A DNA stretch of 64,000 nt from assembly GCF_009914755.1 (NCBI RefSeq), contig NC_060945.1, one strand, 5' to 3'. Source of the DNA: the human T2T-CHM13v2.0 reference genome, Homo sapiens. A program made the translations under genes and the position numbers. This document shows positions 30,046-45,297 of this stretch, in pieces; the stretch's first letter is position 1; each line of letters starts with the position of its first letter. Below the pieces are notes generated by a model, which had not been told where the DNA came from, made no database searches, and saw only the letters and a list, made by a program, of their open reading frames with translations.

Positions 30046-32662
30046 TTATTAATTACATGTCATTATTTAGACATCATGTAATGTACTTATTCTGTTTTTT
30101 ACATTTATATTATTATTCTTATTTTTAATATTTTGCTGTCAAAGCTTTAGAGCTTAGTATTGAGATTCTCAACTGTCATTAATTACATTTTTGAGCATTT
30201 TAATAACATCTTATGGAATTCCAATCAGCGTTGCAATTCCTAGAAAAAAAATGATTATCTTGCTTCCTTCCTTGTATATGTACCCATAGTTGATCTTTCT
30301 TTCCTGGCAGAACTGTGGGGAAATTGAGTGGCCTTTGAAGGCATTCATGACAGCATCTGTAAAAGATTTACAGCACTTAATCTGTCAGAGATTTGTCCTT
30401 AGAATTAAAGAGCAGTAGGATATCTTTAGACCACAGGTCGCATGCTTAGTTACATTCAAAATATCTTGTAAAATTAGTTTCAATGTCATCATACTAATGC
30501 CTATGTCAGCTTTTTAAAAACAGTGGCAATGATATACAGCCACCTAAACTTTGACTGGAGACTATAAAATAGATGGAGTGGTCAAATTTAGTCTTAAGTA
30601 ACCTTTTATTCAATGACAGTAATTACTTATTTGAACCTTTAATTCATTTAAATTTGCTTGAACTTTCAAGTGACTACCCACGTATTTTCCATTTTGACAG
30701 ATAAAATTCAATGACTAATATGTAGAACAACCTACCTAATGCTTTGGTGTGATTGACAGTTAAAAATCATAAAGCACCTTTTCCTCTGACAGATTTGAAA
30801 AGCTAAATCTTTAATAAGATCAATTTACATTTATTACTTTTTTCACTATTTTTACAGAAACATTCTCCAAAATAACAATTAATGCTCCATGAATGAGATT
30901 CAAGAGATTTGGGAAAACATGAAAATGTCTTGTATATATACACTTTGCTTGTGAGAATTCCAAAGTTTTCATCATTTTTAAAGTTTTTGTGTGTGTGACC
31001 CTGGTGAAATTACAGTCACTGCTTTAATGACATTGTAAACATCTGTTAATCAAATAACAAGTGATCTTACCAAAAATATATTACAAATGTATCGCTCCAG
31101 TGAAAGAATCATATAGAAATATTCTTCTTAATTTTTCCTCCCAAATGTTTTTCTCTAACTCACTTGCATCGGTTATAATGTATGGACATATTCATTGACA
31201 TAAAATGGATGTATTTATTGAATAAAATCCTTTGAAATGGTTTGCTTTAAGCGGGCTGCTAAAAAAAATCATGTTTTAGTTTTACATTTGTATTTTTGTC
31301 ATTTCTCGTAGAGCAGATGACAAATCAGCCATCTATTGGCTCACTATCCCGAATTTTGGAATAGTGACTTTGTCCTTGAACACATTCTCTGAGATTGTGG
31401 TAGTGCAGCCACATTTTCGCCCAGAACTAATACTCAGAAAGTCGATGGAATTGCACTGTTTTTGAGAGCTTTCAGTCAGGTTGCTATGGGAGTGATTATA
31501 AGGAGTAAAGCTTCCTATGGTTTCACTGAACTATTTGAACAGACTCCCTCCCAACTTACTTGCCATCTCTCTGTTACTGTATTTATCTTAAAGTCTAGCT
31601 CTATACTAACCTGAAAAATCTTGCTTTAGCTATAGAACCACAACATTCTTTCTAAGTTTATCAATTTAGACTCCTTTAACTTGGAACCAGTGGTCATCCA
31701 GATACAGAATAGATGACTTATGGCAGATTTGTTTAAAAAAAAATTAAAGCAGGTATAATGATATCTGCAATTAACCTGTAATTTCTGTTTTTGTAGTTAT
31801 TACTGGCTGCCATTTTTTTTTTTTTACTAATTCTAATTACAGGTTGTTCTCAGATTTTATCAGTAACGCTTGACCAATTTACCATAAATGATGATTATTG
31901 AGATCCAGTGTCACTTTCTAATCCAATAGATCTTGGATGTAGCCCAGGGATATGCATATTTTATGCGTTTCCCCTAATGAGTCTGCCTCTGGTTTTCGGA
32001 AGATCCTGGTTTGAGAAAACTGTTTGAGAATTTAAGTTGGGTCTCTCACCTAAGAGACTGTTTCTTTTCCCTAACCTTCATAAATTGCAGTCAGCAGATA
32101 TATCCAATAAATCTTGTACAATCATGGAGAAAATTTAAGGCATACTTTTAGAAATGAGGATTCTTGTTTTTGTATGTAAACTTTCATGCTGTTTATGTCA
32201 CCATTCTCCCTACTTCTATTTTTTTTCCATGGATATTCAGGTTTATTATTATTTAGAATCAGAGGATAGTACAACTGGAAGAGACATTTATAATGATGTA
32301 ATAATGCCTCAATTACATATGAGAAACTTGAGCCTAGAAAAGATATGACTTTTACTTAAAAAGTAATGACTTTTATAATGTCATTTACCTAAAAGTTATA
32401 TATAATAATACTAGTTTTATTAGTAAAGATAGATTTACTGGCACTTATTTTAGTGCTATTTTTACCAGATATTTTTAGGATCTTGCTATTAGAACTTTGT
32501 TCAGTGATAAAATTTAATTTTACTTTTAATTATGGAGCAATACATGCTTGTTGTAAAAGCACGAATATTTCAAATATTCCACAATAAAGAGAAAATAAGA
32601 AGTAAGTAATGTTTCTTAGTTTTCCAATGTTAGTGTTCAGAGATAAAGTATATTTTCCATAC

Positions 32663-32822
32663 TTTTTTTTTTTTTTGAGTCAGAGTCTTGCTCTGTGGCC
32701 CAGACTGGAGGGCAGTGGCATGATCTCAGCTCAGTGCAAATTCAGCCTCCAGGGTTCAAGTGACCCTCTCATCCCTCAGCCTCCCAAGTACCTGGGATTA
32801 CAGGCCTGCAACACCACATCCC
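32663..32822 (-). mobile_element. Alu monomer (FRAM or 5'-truncated AluJ right arm)
   Basis: Poly(T) plus a single diverged right monomer. Confidence 0.8.
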
Positions 32823-33519
32823 TTTTCCCAGGCAGTGTTATCACTTTGTCAAGCCCATGCTCTTCCATACTACAGCAGGTAATAAACTCCACTTTTGGTG
32901 ATGAACAGGCTATTCTGATGGTCTTTGGGGAGCCACATTCTATATTTTTATGTCATATTACTACTATAATATTAAAAAATAATCATGTATAAGCCAAATA
33001 ATTAGTAAAATTAAAATTTTCCTGATTGTGATCAAATATTTCATTAGGCTGTAATGGTTTCCTTTTTATTGTCTAAGATTTCTTCATTTGGTCTCATTTC
33101 TGCAATGCAAATTATTTTGTAACCAATTGTTAATTCACAATAGTCCGCAATTAAGTAGTAAGTTCTTTTTATCATTGTTGAAACAGTTATTACAAAGAAG
33201 TTGTCTGTAGATGTCTTCTAAAGTTTCCAAATCTTACTTCATAAGCTATCTTTTTTCCTCTACACCAGATATTTAATTTTTTCTTTTATGCTATAGCTTC
33301 TAGGTTGTTAATTTCTGAATTGCACAAGGCACACGAATAATTGAACTTCACATCTCCTACTAAATTATTCTATGTTAATAACTTAGTAATAACAAGTGCA
33401 ATTACTTTAGCTATTCGTGAACACCTTCCACAGCTTTCAACAAGAGGACTTATTTTTAAGACTTTTTTTAATGCTAAGCATAAGAAAGATTATATGTAGG
33501 GTAATTAATGTCTAATTGA

Positions 33520-34075
33520 GTTAGGCAAACTCTAAAATGGCCTCCAATAATTCTCACTTCAAGACATCCACAGCCTTGTGTTATATGTTCTGCCTGAGTA
33601 ACTTGCCTCTAGCCAACAGAATACAGCAAAATTGAGGAGATGTCACTTCTTGGATTAGGTTACAAAAGATGGTGTTTTCTGAATTGCTAGTACACTTTCT
33701 CAATTACCTTCTCAACTTGCATGCTTTGATAAAGCAAACTTCCCTATGAGAGAGGCCATTATGGCACAGAAGTGCCAGCAGCCTCAGGCCAACAGCCAGC
33801 AGAGAATAGAGGCCCTCAGTCCAATAGTGTGTGGAGCAACAAAGTGCTGCGACATTCACTGAGCAAGTTTGCAAATGGTTTCCTCCCCAGTTAAGACCTG
33901 AGTGAGACCACAGATCCTAAACCAGCATCTTGATTACAGTTTCCTGGGAGACAGTGAAGCAGAGGACCTAGCTACAGCATAGCTGGATTGTTGACCCATA
34001 GAAACTGTAATGTAAGTATGTGTTAATTGCTAAATTTGGGGGTAATTTGTCATTCATTCATCAGTGACTAATACA
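33520..34075 (+). mobile_element. MLT1 (F/G/H-like) LTR
   Basis: tctaaaatggcctccaataattctcac...gacccatagaaactgt...gactaataca. Confidence 0.75.
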
Positions 34076-35853
34076 CTCATGGATGAATTAAAACCTTTTT
34101 TTGGGTTTCCTCTGATGCTCCTCAGCTTCTGAGTGTAAAGATAGTTTAAAAAATTAGGCTTTCTAATGTCAGAGTCTTCATGATTTAATCATTTAGAAGT
34201 CATAGTAATCGGTTTTATTTGGAACAGATAGAGCTCTTAACTGATTAAACAGAAGGGGAATTCTTTGGTTTTCTTTTTATTTGTCTCTTGATAGTCCATG
34301 GAAGTGCTGAGGACAGGAGAGCCACGCTGGAGAGAAAGTTTGCTAAAGCACAGAAGAGGATGCTAAGGAAACTTCTCCAGCTTTGCTGCCTGCTCTGAGC
34401 TCCGGAAGAAACTCCCATAGCCAGTGCAGACGCTGATACAAGAAGGGGCTCAATTTTCAAATAACAAGAGCCTTCGAAAGGTGGACATATGCTTTCTTTT
34501 ACCAAATCATCCCCTCCAAATTGAATTATCTTGTGAATTTATCAGACTAGTAAAGCCAACGTTCTATCTCTGAATCTTGAGTCCTATAGAAGCTGATATT
34601 TTCAGTATTTCTGAGTTTCATCTCTTGGGATGATGGGACTTGTGAGGATAAAAAATTATCCCAATATAACCATAATTAAAAAAAATAAATAAAAGCACAA
34701 ATTTAAAGAAATGAGAACACATGTTGCTAAACCTGTATTATGTTGTTTAATGAATAGCTACTAAGGGAAGAAATGAGGTGGTTGACCAACATCTAGAAAC
34801 AGGGTATTATTTCACCAACTATAAACATAATTCGTATAAGTACATTTCCAAATCGTTCCACATTTCCAGTTATTATTCTGAGACTGGAAGGAGGAGAAAA
34901 AGCCCTTTCATTCCAGACTAAAGGAAATTCCCACACCTAATAATGTACACTTGGAAAGTTGTTCAAATTTGCATTTTTGAAGAAGCAAAGGAAGTCAACA
35001 ATGTAAATCTACATCTAAAAAATGTAAATATTCATTTAAAAAGGAGAAGCTCAGTAAATAAGGTAAAACATATATCTGAAATTCAAACACATATTTGAAA
35101 AGGAAGTGAATCACACTACTTAGAAGAAAAAGGAATCTAACACAAAAGAACTAAAAACTGTTAAAGATGTCGTTTAATAGTTTAGCTTCAGGTGTCATAA
35201 CATTCTGTTAATTATGGATGGGTGGTCCTCCCTCATTACCGGACAGGCAGAAAACATTGCTGTTGTCAACTATAAAAACTCTCATATGATATAATATATT
35301 CATACCATAATCTAGTTTTCTAGAAAATGTTAAGTAAGGTAGCTGCTCTCTGTCTCCAACCCTGGAATATGTGTTCCTCTTCTTGCTTCTTATATCCACT
35401 TTAATTGTTAAAGTAAAACTGTGTTATATTTTCCTGTTTACTTCTCTAGAATTCGATTTAACTATAAATTATTTTAGGACACAGAATGGTTCTCATTTAT
35501 TCTCATTTATCCTTATAACCATATTTGTTACCAAAACCTGAAGCAAAAGTTCACAGGTGCTACACAGATTTCTGTGGAAAGTAAAAATGTGACTCACCTG
35601 ACATTTTCCATACATTTGATAAACTAAACCATGTCAATCTATGAAATAAGAATACCAGAACTTTTTTAAATTATAAAATCTATAGAAGAGAAAAATAGTA
35701 CTTAATAAGTGATATATTAAATGCATTAGATTTTAAGATGGTGATTAACATTAGATTAAAATGGAAATACGAACTTTGGAAATCAGTTCTTAAAATAGAA
35801 CTGATCTATTCAAAGGAATAGATCAGTTTTTGAAAACATTTGGTATTCATAAT

Positions 35854-36240
35854 TATTCGACCGAGTTTAGCCTAAAGCTGCCTCCTCACATACTTTAAAT
35901 TCATCCTAAAGATTTTCCTGTATACTTAAGTGGAGGTGTAAACAGACTGTAACCTTTTGTGCCAATCACCAAATTTTGGCTAACTAAGGAGGACCAATTG
36001 TTTAAACCATGTCCAAATGAGGTAAAAGCTGTAACCAATCCGGCTGTTTCTGTACCTCATTTATGTTTTCTGTCTATACTCATTTTTCCTTTTTCTGTCT
36101 ATAAATCTTCTTCCAATGCATGGCTGAGCTGGAGTCTTTCTGAGCCTACTCTGGAACAGGAGGCTGCCCTATTCACAAATCATTCTTTTTGCAAGAAATT
36201 CAACTCTGTTAAATTTCATGTGGCTAAAAACTTTTTAACA
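35854..36240 (+). mobile_element. MER57 (ERV1) solo LTR
   Basis: agtttagcctaaagctgcctcctcacatactttaa...tgtaaccaatccggctg...ctttttaaca; TSD TAAT/TAAA. Confidence 0.8.
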
Positions 36241-36320
36241 TAAAAAAGGCATATATTTTTTTCTAATTGCACAATTAAGAGATTTTAAAAAATTTAAGAA
36301 CATGGGTTGTCTGAAACTGA

Positions 36321-36675
<355 letters not shown>

Positions 36676-36706
36676 TGCAATATTATTTTTACATAGACGT
36701 TATATG

Positions 36707-36887
36707 CTAGCATTGGAATTGCAATGCGAGTGGTAAGGAGGGACTAGTGGAAAGAGGCCAACCATGCCTATAACCAAAAATCTAGTAAACTTGGGGTGTT
36801 CAGGGAAATAAAAAAACAATAACCGAGGTTTAACTGCAATGGTGGAACTACTGGGTATTTGTGTTATAGGATAGTTGGGAAGGATAG
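36707..36887 (+). repeat. Local dispersed duplication, copy 1 (partner 40558-40732)
   Basis: 92 of the first 98 nt identical, plus a 36-nt identical block. Confidence 0.95.
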
Positions 36888-36956
36888 AAATATGGATATA
36901 GAACGCACATAAGGCTACCTCTCCCTTATAAATGTCTTCTTAAAATGTAGAGGCTC

Positions 36957-37341
<385 letters not shown>

Positions 37342-38215
37342 TTAATATATATCATTATGTTTTAAAATTGTCTTATTTTCAAAGAAAATAAATATTTCCT
37401 TTTTTATTTCTTCATATATTTACTGAAGAACGTTAACTGTGAGTCTAGGTCAAGTCCCAAAGATACCATCAAACTTACCCTGAGTTTATTGGTTACTAAA
37501 GCAAAAACTATTATTACCTCTGTAGAGTCTTGGTAGCATATGGGGAGGAGAGGTTATAGTTATGATACTTACAAGAGTTCGGGACTGTTATAAGGTAGAT
37601 TTTTAAAATTAGTATCTTAATCAGCATTTGCAAAAGAATGATTTACAAATAGTGCTCAAAGTGAGTTGAGTTGAACATTTTGATGTGAGATTCAAAATAC
37701 AACCATCTATTTCTCTGAGAAAAGAATGATGGCCGTGACCGTGCAAGGGGTCTTGTGTTTGGATAAAAGGAGATTCAGACAGTTCTTAAGCAATGTTATT
37801 TGCAATTTCATCTTGCAAATGCTTTTTGCAATTTATCTGTCTGGATTAGAAATTTCTTGGAATAATAGAATCCCACCAATGTAGGTTTTTAATTAGAAAT
37901 TTAACTTACTGCAACCCTTGAGCTTTGTAGCTGTAGATGGTTTTAGTTTGCACATGCTATCATAATATATAACTTTATGGAACTAACTCTCTATAACAGG
38001 AGAAGACTGGATGTGTGACATAGTCAAGGTCACATATAGAATGTACAGGAACAGACAAATATTTCTTGCTGGATTCTACCTGTATGTACACTTTAATTAT
38101 AAATCTACAATATTTATTAATGACGTGAGTCATAGTGATTTATCAATAAAATTTATCAAAATAAATACAGAAGAGACACTGGCATATTTGTTTATTATTC
38201 AATAAAGTCCTGTAA

Positions 38216-38593
<378 letters not shown>

Positions 38594-39004
38594 CCTCTCT
38601 TTTAAAATTAATTGTCATATGTGCAGTTGCTGGCTAATTTCATATTATTCACATTTAAAAAGGGCAGCACAAGGTTGTGGCATTTCAGAATCCATATTAT
38701 AACAATACAGATTTTGCCACGTACATTCCCTTAACATCATTGCCAGTTACTCATTACACCATTACTCATGGGGCTGCATTATCCAATATGCAACCGTTAA
38801 ACATTGGTTTCTATTGATTCACTGAATATTTTTTTACTATGACATTAAATCACTCAATTATATAATGAGCACAGACTATGTGCTAGGTACTAAAGGTATT
38901 GAATAAGTATATCATCAAAAACCTTTATATAATTACTAAAAATTTATATTGCTTTGATAAATTTTACTAGTGGTTTTACTAGTTAAACCATTATTCTCTT
39001 TAGG

Positions 39005-39037
39005 TCTGGTTAAATCTGGTTAAATCTGGTTAAATCT
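39005..39037. repeat. Tandem repeat (TCTGGTTAAA)x3
   Basis: Read directly from the sequence. Confidence 0.9.
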
Positions 39038-39269
39038 ATGGATATAATTCTTAACATTTATAGTTTTTGAAACCATTAGCTACCTAAATGAACTTTATTC
39101 AGTGAATAACAAGAAGCGTTTCCTTAATTATTCAATCACTTAAATATTTAATAAACATGGGAGGTTTTATCTTATCCAATGTACTACACATTCACAAAGA
39201 GAAAAAAAAAGATTTGTTTCTGCTTTTGTCTGATTTGATATAGGCTAGAGATAAGATATATGGTTAATG

Positions 39270-39460
39270 GATATCTCCATATTTTATAGATCTAGAAGAA
39301 AAATTAAATATTACAAACTCTACCTTATCATTTTGTGATTGAGGTAACTAAAGACCAGAAATTTTAAATGACTTGTGTAGAGGAAGACACAGATCTTTTC
39401 AGTGGAAGAACAAGAGATTTAAACTCAGGTTTTATGACTCCAGGTCTAGATCTTTGTTTA
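39270..39460 (-). mobile_element. MIR-family fragment
   Basis: tcattttgtgattgaggtaactaaagacc...aaatgactt...aaactcaggtttt. Confidence 0.5.
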
Positions 39461-40317
39461 CTGATTAATATTTTGCTACAGGAAAAAGAAGACAACAAAA
39501 AAAGAGGGAAAGTGTGTTCAACATTAGTGTCTTATCAAAATGGGCTATTGGTTGTAATACGTAGAGGGAAATAACCTTCCATTTTAATAGCAAATAGAAA
39601 TAGAATAATTTATAAAACATGGCAACAATCATTTTAGCCTCTACTGAAAGGACTAAGCAATATCTAGAGTTGCCATTCATTTATTAATTGTGGAGTCAAA
39701 AGAAATAGCTAAGAAAGTAAATATTGATGAAGAAGAAAAGAAAACTTGAAAGCAAATTGAGAAAATAATATTAGCTTAAGTCAAATAGACGGACATATAA
39801 CATAACATAAGGAAATTTTCTTTATCTGAGATAAGAACACTCAGTAAATTGTATATAACAGCGATACAACGAAGAGCAGGGTAGCAAGATCAGTGGCTGA
39901 TGGCAAATATAGATATTGAAAGATTGATTAAAAATCAGGAAGATGATTATGGTGGCAACATAAAAGGATTCTAATTGAAATAGTAAAATACTCAGAATGA
40001 GATATGAAAGGGTGAAGTTATCAGAAATGCAATGTTATAGCATAGCAATGCAATGTTATAACATATATTATGTTATAACATAGCAATGAAAACTCTTTTC
40101 CTCATTGTTCTTTGTTAGAATAGAGTAGCTGTTCTGCAAAAGTTCTTAGGGGTTCAGATATTATTTGAAAAGGAGTCACATATGATAGAGCCGTCTGAGG
40201 AATTTGGAAGATCTAGAGATGATACTTCCAAGATCAAGATCTTACATGAAGTGCAATTATTTCAGCAACATATCAGTTGCACAGTCAGAGTTTTAAAATA
40301 ATATTGTATTACAAGAC

Positions 40318-40413
40318 TTTTTAAAAAGTTTTACTTTAAGTTCTGTACAGCATGTGCAGGTTTGTTACATAGGAATGCATGTGCCATGGTGGCTTGCTGC
40401 ATCTATCAACCCA
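40318..40413 (-). mobile_element. Very short L1PA7/8-like 3' stub
   Basis: ttactttaagttctg...catgtgcaggtttgttacatagg...gtgccatggtggcttgctgca; degenerate TSD ta(c/g)aagac. Confidence 0.8.
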
Positions 40414-40557
40414 TAGAAGACAATTTTAATCACATTTTTTGGCATACATGTATTATGGAAATATTCAAACTAATTTGTAAAGTTACTTGAAATATGTGTA
40501 TTTGTATCACCTTGTGGTAGATGGCTCTACTCCATATATAACATGTTTCTCCAAGTA

Positions 40558-40732
40558 CTAGCATTGGGATTGCAATGGGATTGGTAAGGAGGGACTAGTG
40601 GAAAGAGACCAACCACGCCTATAACCCAAAATCTAGTAAACTTGGGGTGTTCAGGAAAAAAAGCAATCAATTAGCGAGGTTTAACTGCAATGGTGGAACT
40701 ACTGGGTATTATAGAATCGTTGGGAAGAATAG
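40558..40732 (+). repeat. Local dispersed duplication, copy 2 (partner 36707-36887)
   Basis: Direct alignment to copy 1. Confidence 0.95.
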
Positions 40733-40876
40733 CAAACATTAGATTTATTTTAAAGACATTCATGGATCATTTATAATGAGATTAATAGAGTTGGACAAGA
40801 GATTAAAAAATACCGATGCAAAATGGGACTGAGGTGCAGATTTTGTTAGTATTAGCTTAAAGGTCAGTGTTAATAT

Positions 40877-41339
40877 TGACAAAGACTCTCTCTTTGACCA
40901 AATTCTAGACAGGTTCCTCTGAGTTTTTCTTTGACTAATTCTCATTCTTGGGCCTTGATCTCAAGAGCCTAGTTGTAGCATGAACCTCGTATAGTCAGTT
41001 TAGCAAGAAGCCTCACCCTCAGTATCTACTCACTCTCAATATCTAATCAAATTCCTCATCTTTCGCCACCCCCCAGGGGTGTCTGATCACCCCGTCCTGT
41101 CCTCAGCAAGAATCTTGTTTATTTAACCAGAATGTACCCTTATCCCTGATGTTTCTTTTTAGTAATTTTTCATCCACTGATCCTCTCTCTGTTCCTTGGA
41201 TATAAATCCCTCTTATTCATGCTGTATTAGGAGTTGAGCTCAATTTTTCTCTTCTGCTGCAAAACCCTATTGCAGAGTCCTTTGTATAAAATCTTCATTA
41301 CCATCTGTGACAAGTGTCAGAATATATTTTTCTTTAACA
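40877..41339 (+). mobile_element. MER31 (ERV1) solo LTR
   Basis: TGACAAAGACTCTCTC...TTTAACA with 4-bp TSD ATAT on both sides. Confidence 0.88.
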
Positions 41340-41523
41340 ATATCACTGGAAAATTGCCTGAGGGAATTAATATAAACAAGCATGACAAAAATGACCTAAA
41401 ATTAATACCAAGATGTACAACACTAGGAGGTAAAGAGAGAATGTGAAATTACGTCCATGTATCTTACAAGGCATTTAGGTTCTTTTTTTTTTTCTTTTTT
41501 TTTTTAGCCTAGCCCTCAAGAGC

Positions 41524-41740
41524 CTGTGGTGAAAAAGTGTATTAGAAGCCAAATAGTTACAGGTTAAAATCCTGTTTTTATCTTACCAGCTGCTGCTTCT
41601 TGAGCAGGATTTAGAGTCAATTCTCAGACTGGAGTTTCCTCATGTAAAGTGGAAATAGTATCGTCCCTTCCTATACTAATACTAATTTAAATGTTAGGTT
41701 TTATTTTATGTAAGCACTTAATTAGGAGCTCACAAATACA
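41524..41740 (+). mobile_element. MIR
   Basis: cttaccagctg...gagtttcctcatgtaaagtggaaata...tatgtaagcactta. Confidence 0.6.
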
Positions 41741-42570
41741 GGTTTTATGAAATGCCTTGAAACCACTTTTCCTCTGATCTTACAACTTTTAAAGACAGAA
41801 TAGACGATGTGGGTAGGATCCTAATGGCCCCCATGCATTTCTAAGTTATTTTTGTAGAAAATTTCCAGGCGCTGAAGTGGTAAAGGCAATTGTCATTTCT
41901 TCCCTTGAATGAGGCTTAGTAAAGATTTTATGATTAGGAATTTGGCCACCTACCTCACATCTGGAAACCATGGCTATGAAAATAGTGGGTGACCCATTTG
42001 AAGATGTGGAGTGGAACTTTAGATGGAATAACACACTATTTTCAGTCTTAAAATAGCCCATTGATTCAGACCCTACATTTCCTTATTTAAAAAGTACATG
42101 AACCTTTTTGAAGGCATCTCTAAATATCCTAATTTTGGAAAAAAAAACCTATCATTCTCATTTATATGTAGGGCTGCCATATAATGGAATGTAATACTAT
42201 TAAAAGGAAAATTCAGATTAGAATCTCATCTCTTATGGACTAAATCTTTTATTCCAAAATGAAAGTGTGGCATTTTTCAATGAAATGTGGTTTCTTCAAT
42301 ATTTAGAATTCGATATCTGCAAAAGCCAAATTAAAAGGAGCTTAATTGCCAGAAAGGCAATGTGAAGATGACAATGGAAAGGAATAAGACACTTGGCTTA
42401 TTTATTTTTTCCCCACTTTCAATGGCTTTGTTTTGTAATGATTATCTTTAGGTATCGGCATGTTCATATTTTTCTTCTCAATTATAAAATCTTTAATCAT
42501 TTCCTCGGGTGTATAAAAATGAAATGATTAGATGCAACTTTAAATTATGCAGGGTAATGATCAGGAACTG

Positions 42571-42859
42571 TTTACTGATTCTGCTATATTATAATATTCA
42601 AATTATATACAATAACATATAACAAAATTATATATAATTATATTATATATAGTTTGATATATTTAGTTTGATACAAAAAACTTGATACATAAATATCAAT
42701 TTTATGTCAAATTAATATATAGATATTATATATAATTACATAATTTGATATAAATATGATATATAAATATATACAAATATATAAGTATCACATTTATATC
42801 AAATTGATATATAAACTATATATATAATTTGAATATCATAATATGGCAGAATCGGTAAA
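42571..42859. repeat. Palindromic AT-rich inverted repeat (~290 bp)
   Basis: Outer 39-bp arms are reverse complements at 36/39; inner arms pair more loosely. Confidence 0.9.
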
Positions 42860-44969
42860 TACTTTTGGCCATAAGACTGGATACAGAGATTCTACCCAAC
42901 ACTCAGTTACCTACCCTATGCACACATATTCAGCTACATTTCTGTTCTTTTGTACTTGCATCCAACTGCCTTAAGCCTCATCCTTTTGATTGAATTCCCA
43001 AAAATCAAGTACTGAAATCAGTTTATAATTTATATTGACCACAGAGGGGCACACCTCAAAACCAATGTAAGCTGATGGACCATTTTCCAAAGCATAATTT
43101 ATCATCATCATCATCAGCGCTACCTTTGGCCCCTGTCTAAATAGGCCAAGGCTGTGTTAAGATGGCTTATTAAATGAAATATGTATCTCTGCAATTGGAT
43201 GGTTTATTACTCTCTTGAGAATGATATTATCTATACTTAAAGGAAAGTTGCATTTTCTTACAATTTCTTTCTTTCAGAACATTTTAGTTACCCATATTTT
43301 AGTGTCTTTTGCTCATGTGTGCTCTTTGTTATAATACATGCATGCTCCACACCAGGTAGTTGGTGAAAGTTTTCTTTCATTCTTTAACTAAGTTCTTTTT
43401 CATATCTGTGAGTACCAAAATATGAAATAAAGGAATATAAAGTTGAGAGAGAATTGATTTCCTAAGTGTCTACATTAAAAAAAGAAATGTAGTCTAGTTG
43501 ACAGGATATTTGATTTCTGTTAGCTCTATATGTTGCATGTAGATCAATTTACTTCTGACCTTCTCATAACAAGTTGTTAAAAAAATTGTCTCTATACATT
43601 GTTTTAAATATCTTTTTTGGTTAAAGCAAACACATTGAAAATCCCTAGATGTGTATTTAAGGCAGTACGACAATTATGATTCCTACTAAGTTTGTTTCTA
43701 GACGTTTTAGGCACGTAAACCTTCACTGGAGAGGGCAAATACAAACACCTGACAAAAACTCTCTGATTGGAGAAAATCACACAGTACCTCAGCCATCAAC
43801 ATCTTTTCTCTTTGCTAAATTTAGGAGAGAAGACAAATGGAAAGGATTTAAAACTTTGGTAATTAGCTATGACTGGAGCAATTCAAAGTCACCACTTTAT
43901 GGTAATTCTGAATTGGTTTACATTACTTAAAGCAAAATCTTCTCATATGAATCTATCATCCAATAAATCAGAGATATTAATAAACACTATTTAAAATACA
44001 AAGCTTAATTGAAAATTAGAGTTATAGAAGATAAGTGCTTCTAGCTGAGGGTAATTTTTACTGCCTACTTGGCAGAATATATTCTCAAATCCAGAGGAAA
44101 TATTTCTAGGAGATATTTCTAGAAGCATATACCAATTTCCAAAATGAAGCAGGCCCAATGGCTACTTTGTTTTCCAACTCTAAGTGACAATTAACTCTAT
44201 CAAACAGAATTTGACAAAGAATCAAACAGATCTATGCCCTCTTCCCTTGCAGGAGCAAACTGAAAGAATACTCTGGTTTCAAATATATATCCTAATAAAA
44301 TGTGTAAATTTTATAAAAGACTATAAAGACTTCCTTTCACATGAAGACCATAAATTCTTTTTTATCTTTTTGAGTAACTGTGAACTTCTTATCCCAGAAA
44401 GTCTATAATAGCAAAGCAAAATATAAGTCTTTCACTCCTTCCATTAAAAAAGTTAAATATTTTTAATAAGTGACTTATTTTTTAAAATGTTAAGGTTTTA
44501 TGTCTATATAGTATTATAATGCCTTCTATAGTATGGTGCAGTTAATCTAAGAAGGATATAGAACATAAAAATATTTGCTTAAAATAAACAAAACATGAAG
44601 GAATAAACAATTGAAAGAGAAGCCTATCTATAATGGTAGAAATAAGATAGAGAGGACTTTGATTAAAAAAAAAACTATGCTTTTTAAAATAGTATTTGTT
44701 TTGTAAGTTTTATTTGTTTTATTTGAATTCATGCTAATATTGCATATAATTATTACACAAAATTAAATTAAAAATCTCAAATAACACAATCAAAATAAAA
44801 TGCAATAAACATAAATTTGCACCCAGTTGGGCATATCCACAAGTGAAAATTATGCCAAATGGATTTAAAACACAGTAATTTGACTATAAATTTATAGTGG
44901 AACAAAAATAGGTATAAAAAATTTTAAACAATCATATTACTTATGGTAGTATTGGTATTTTTATTTTGA

Positions 44970-45297
<328 letters not shown>

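Noticed and set aside
31780-31845. Acceptor-like sites (also near 25922, 30857 and minus-strand 53832)
   Set aside because: No convincing paired donor or coding frame; common in T-rich DNA
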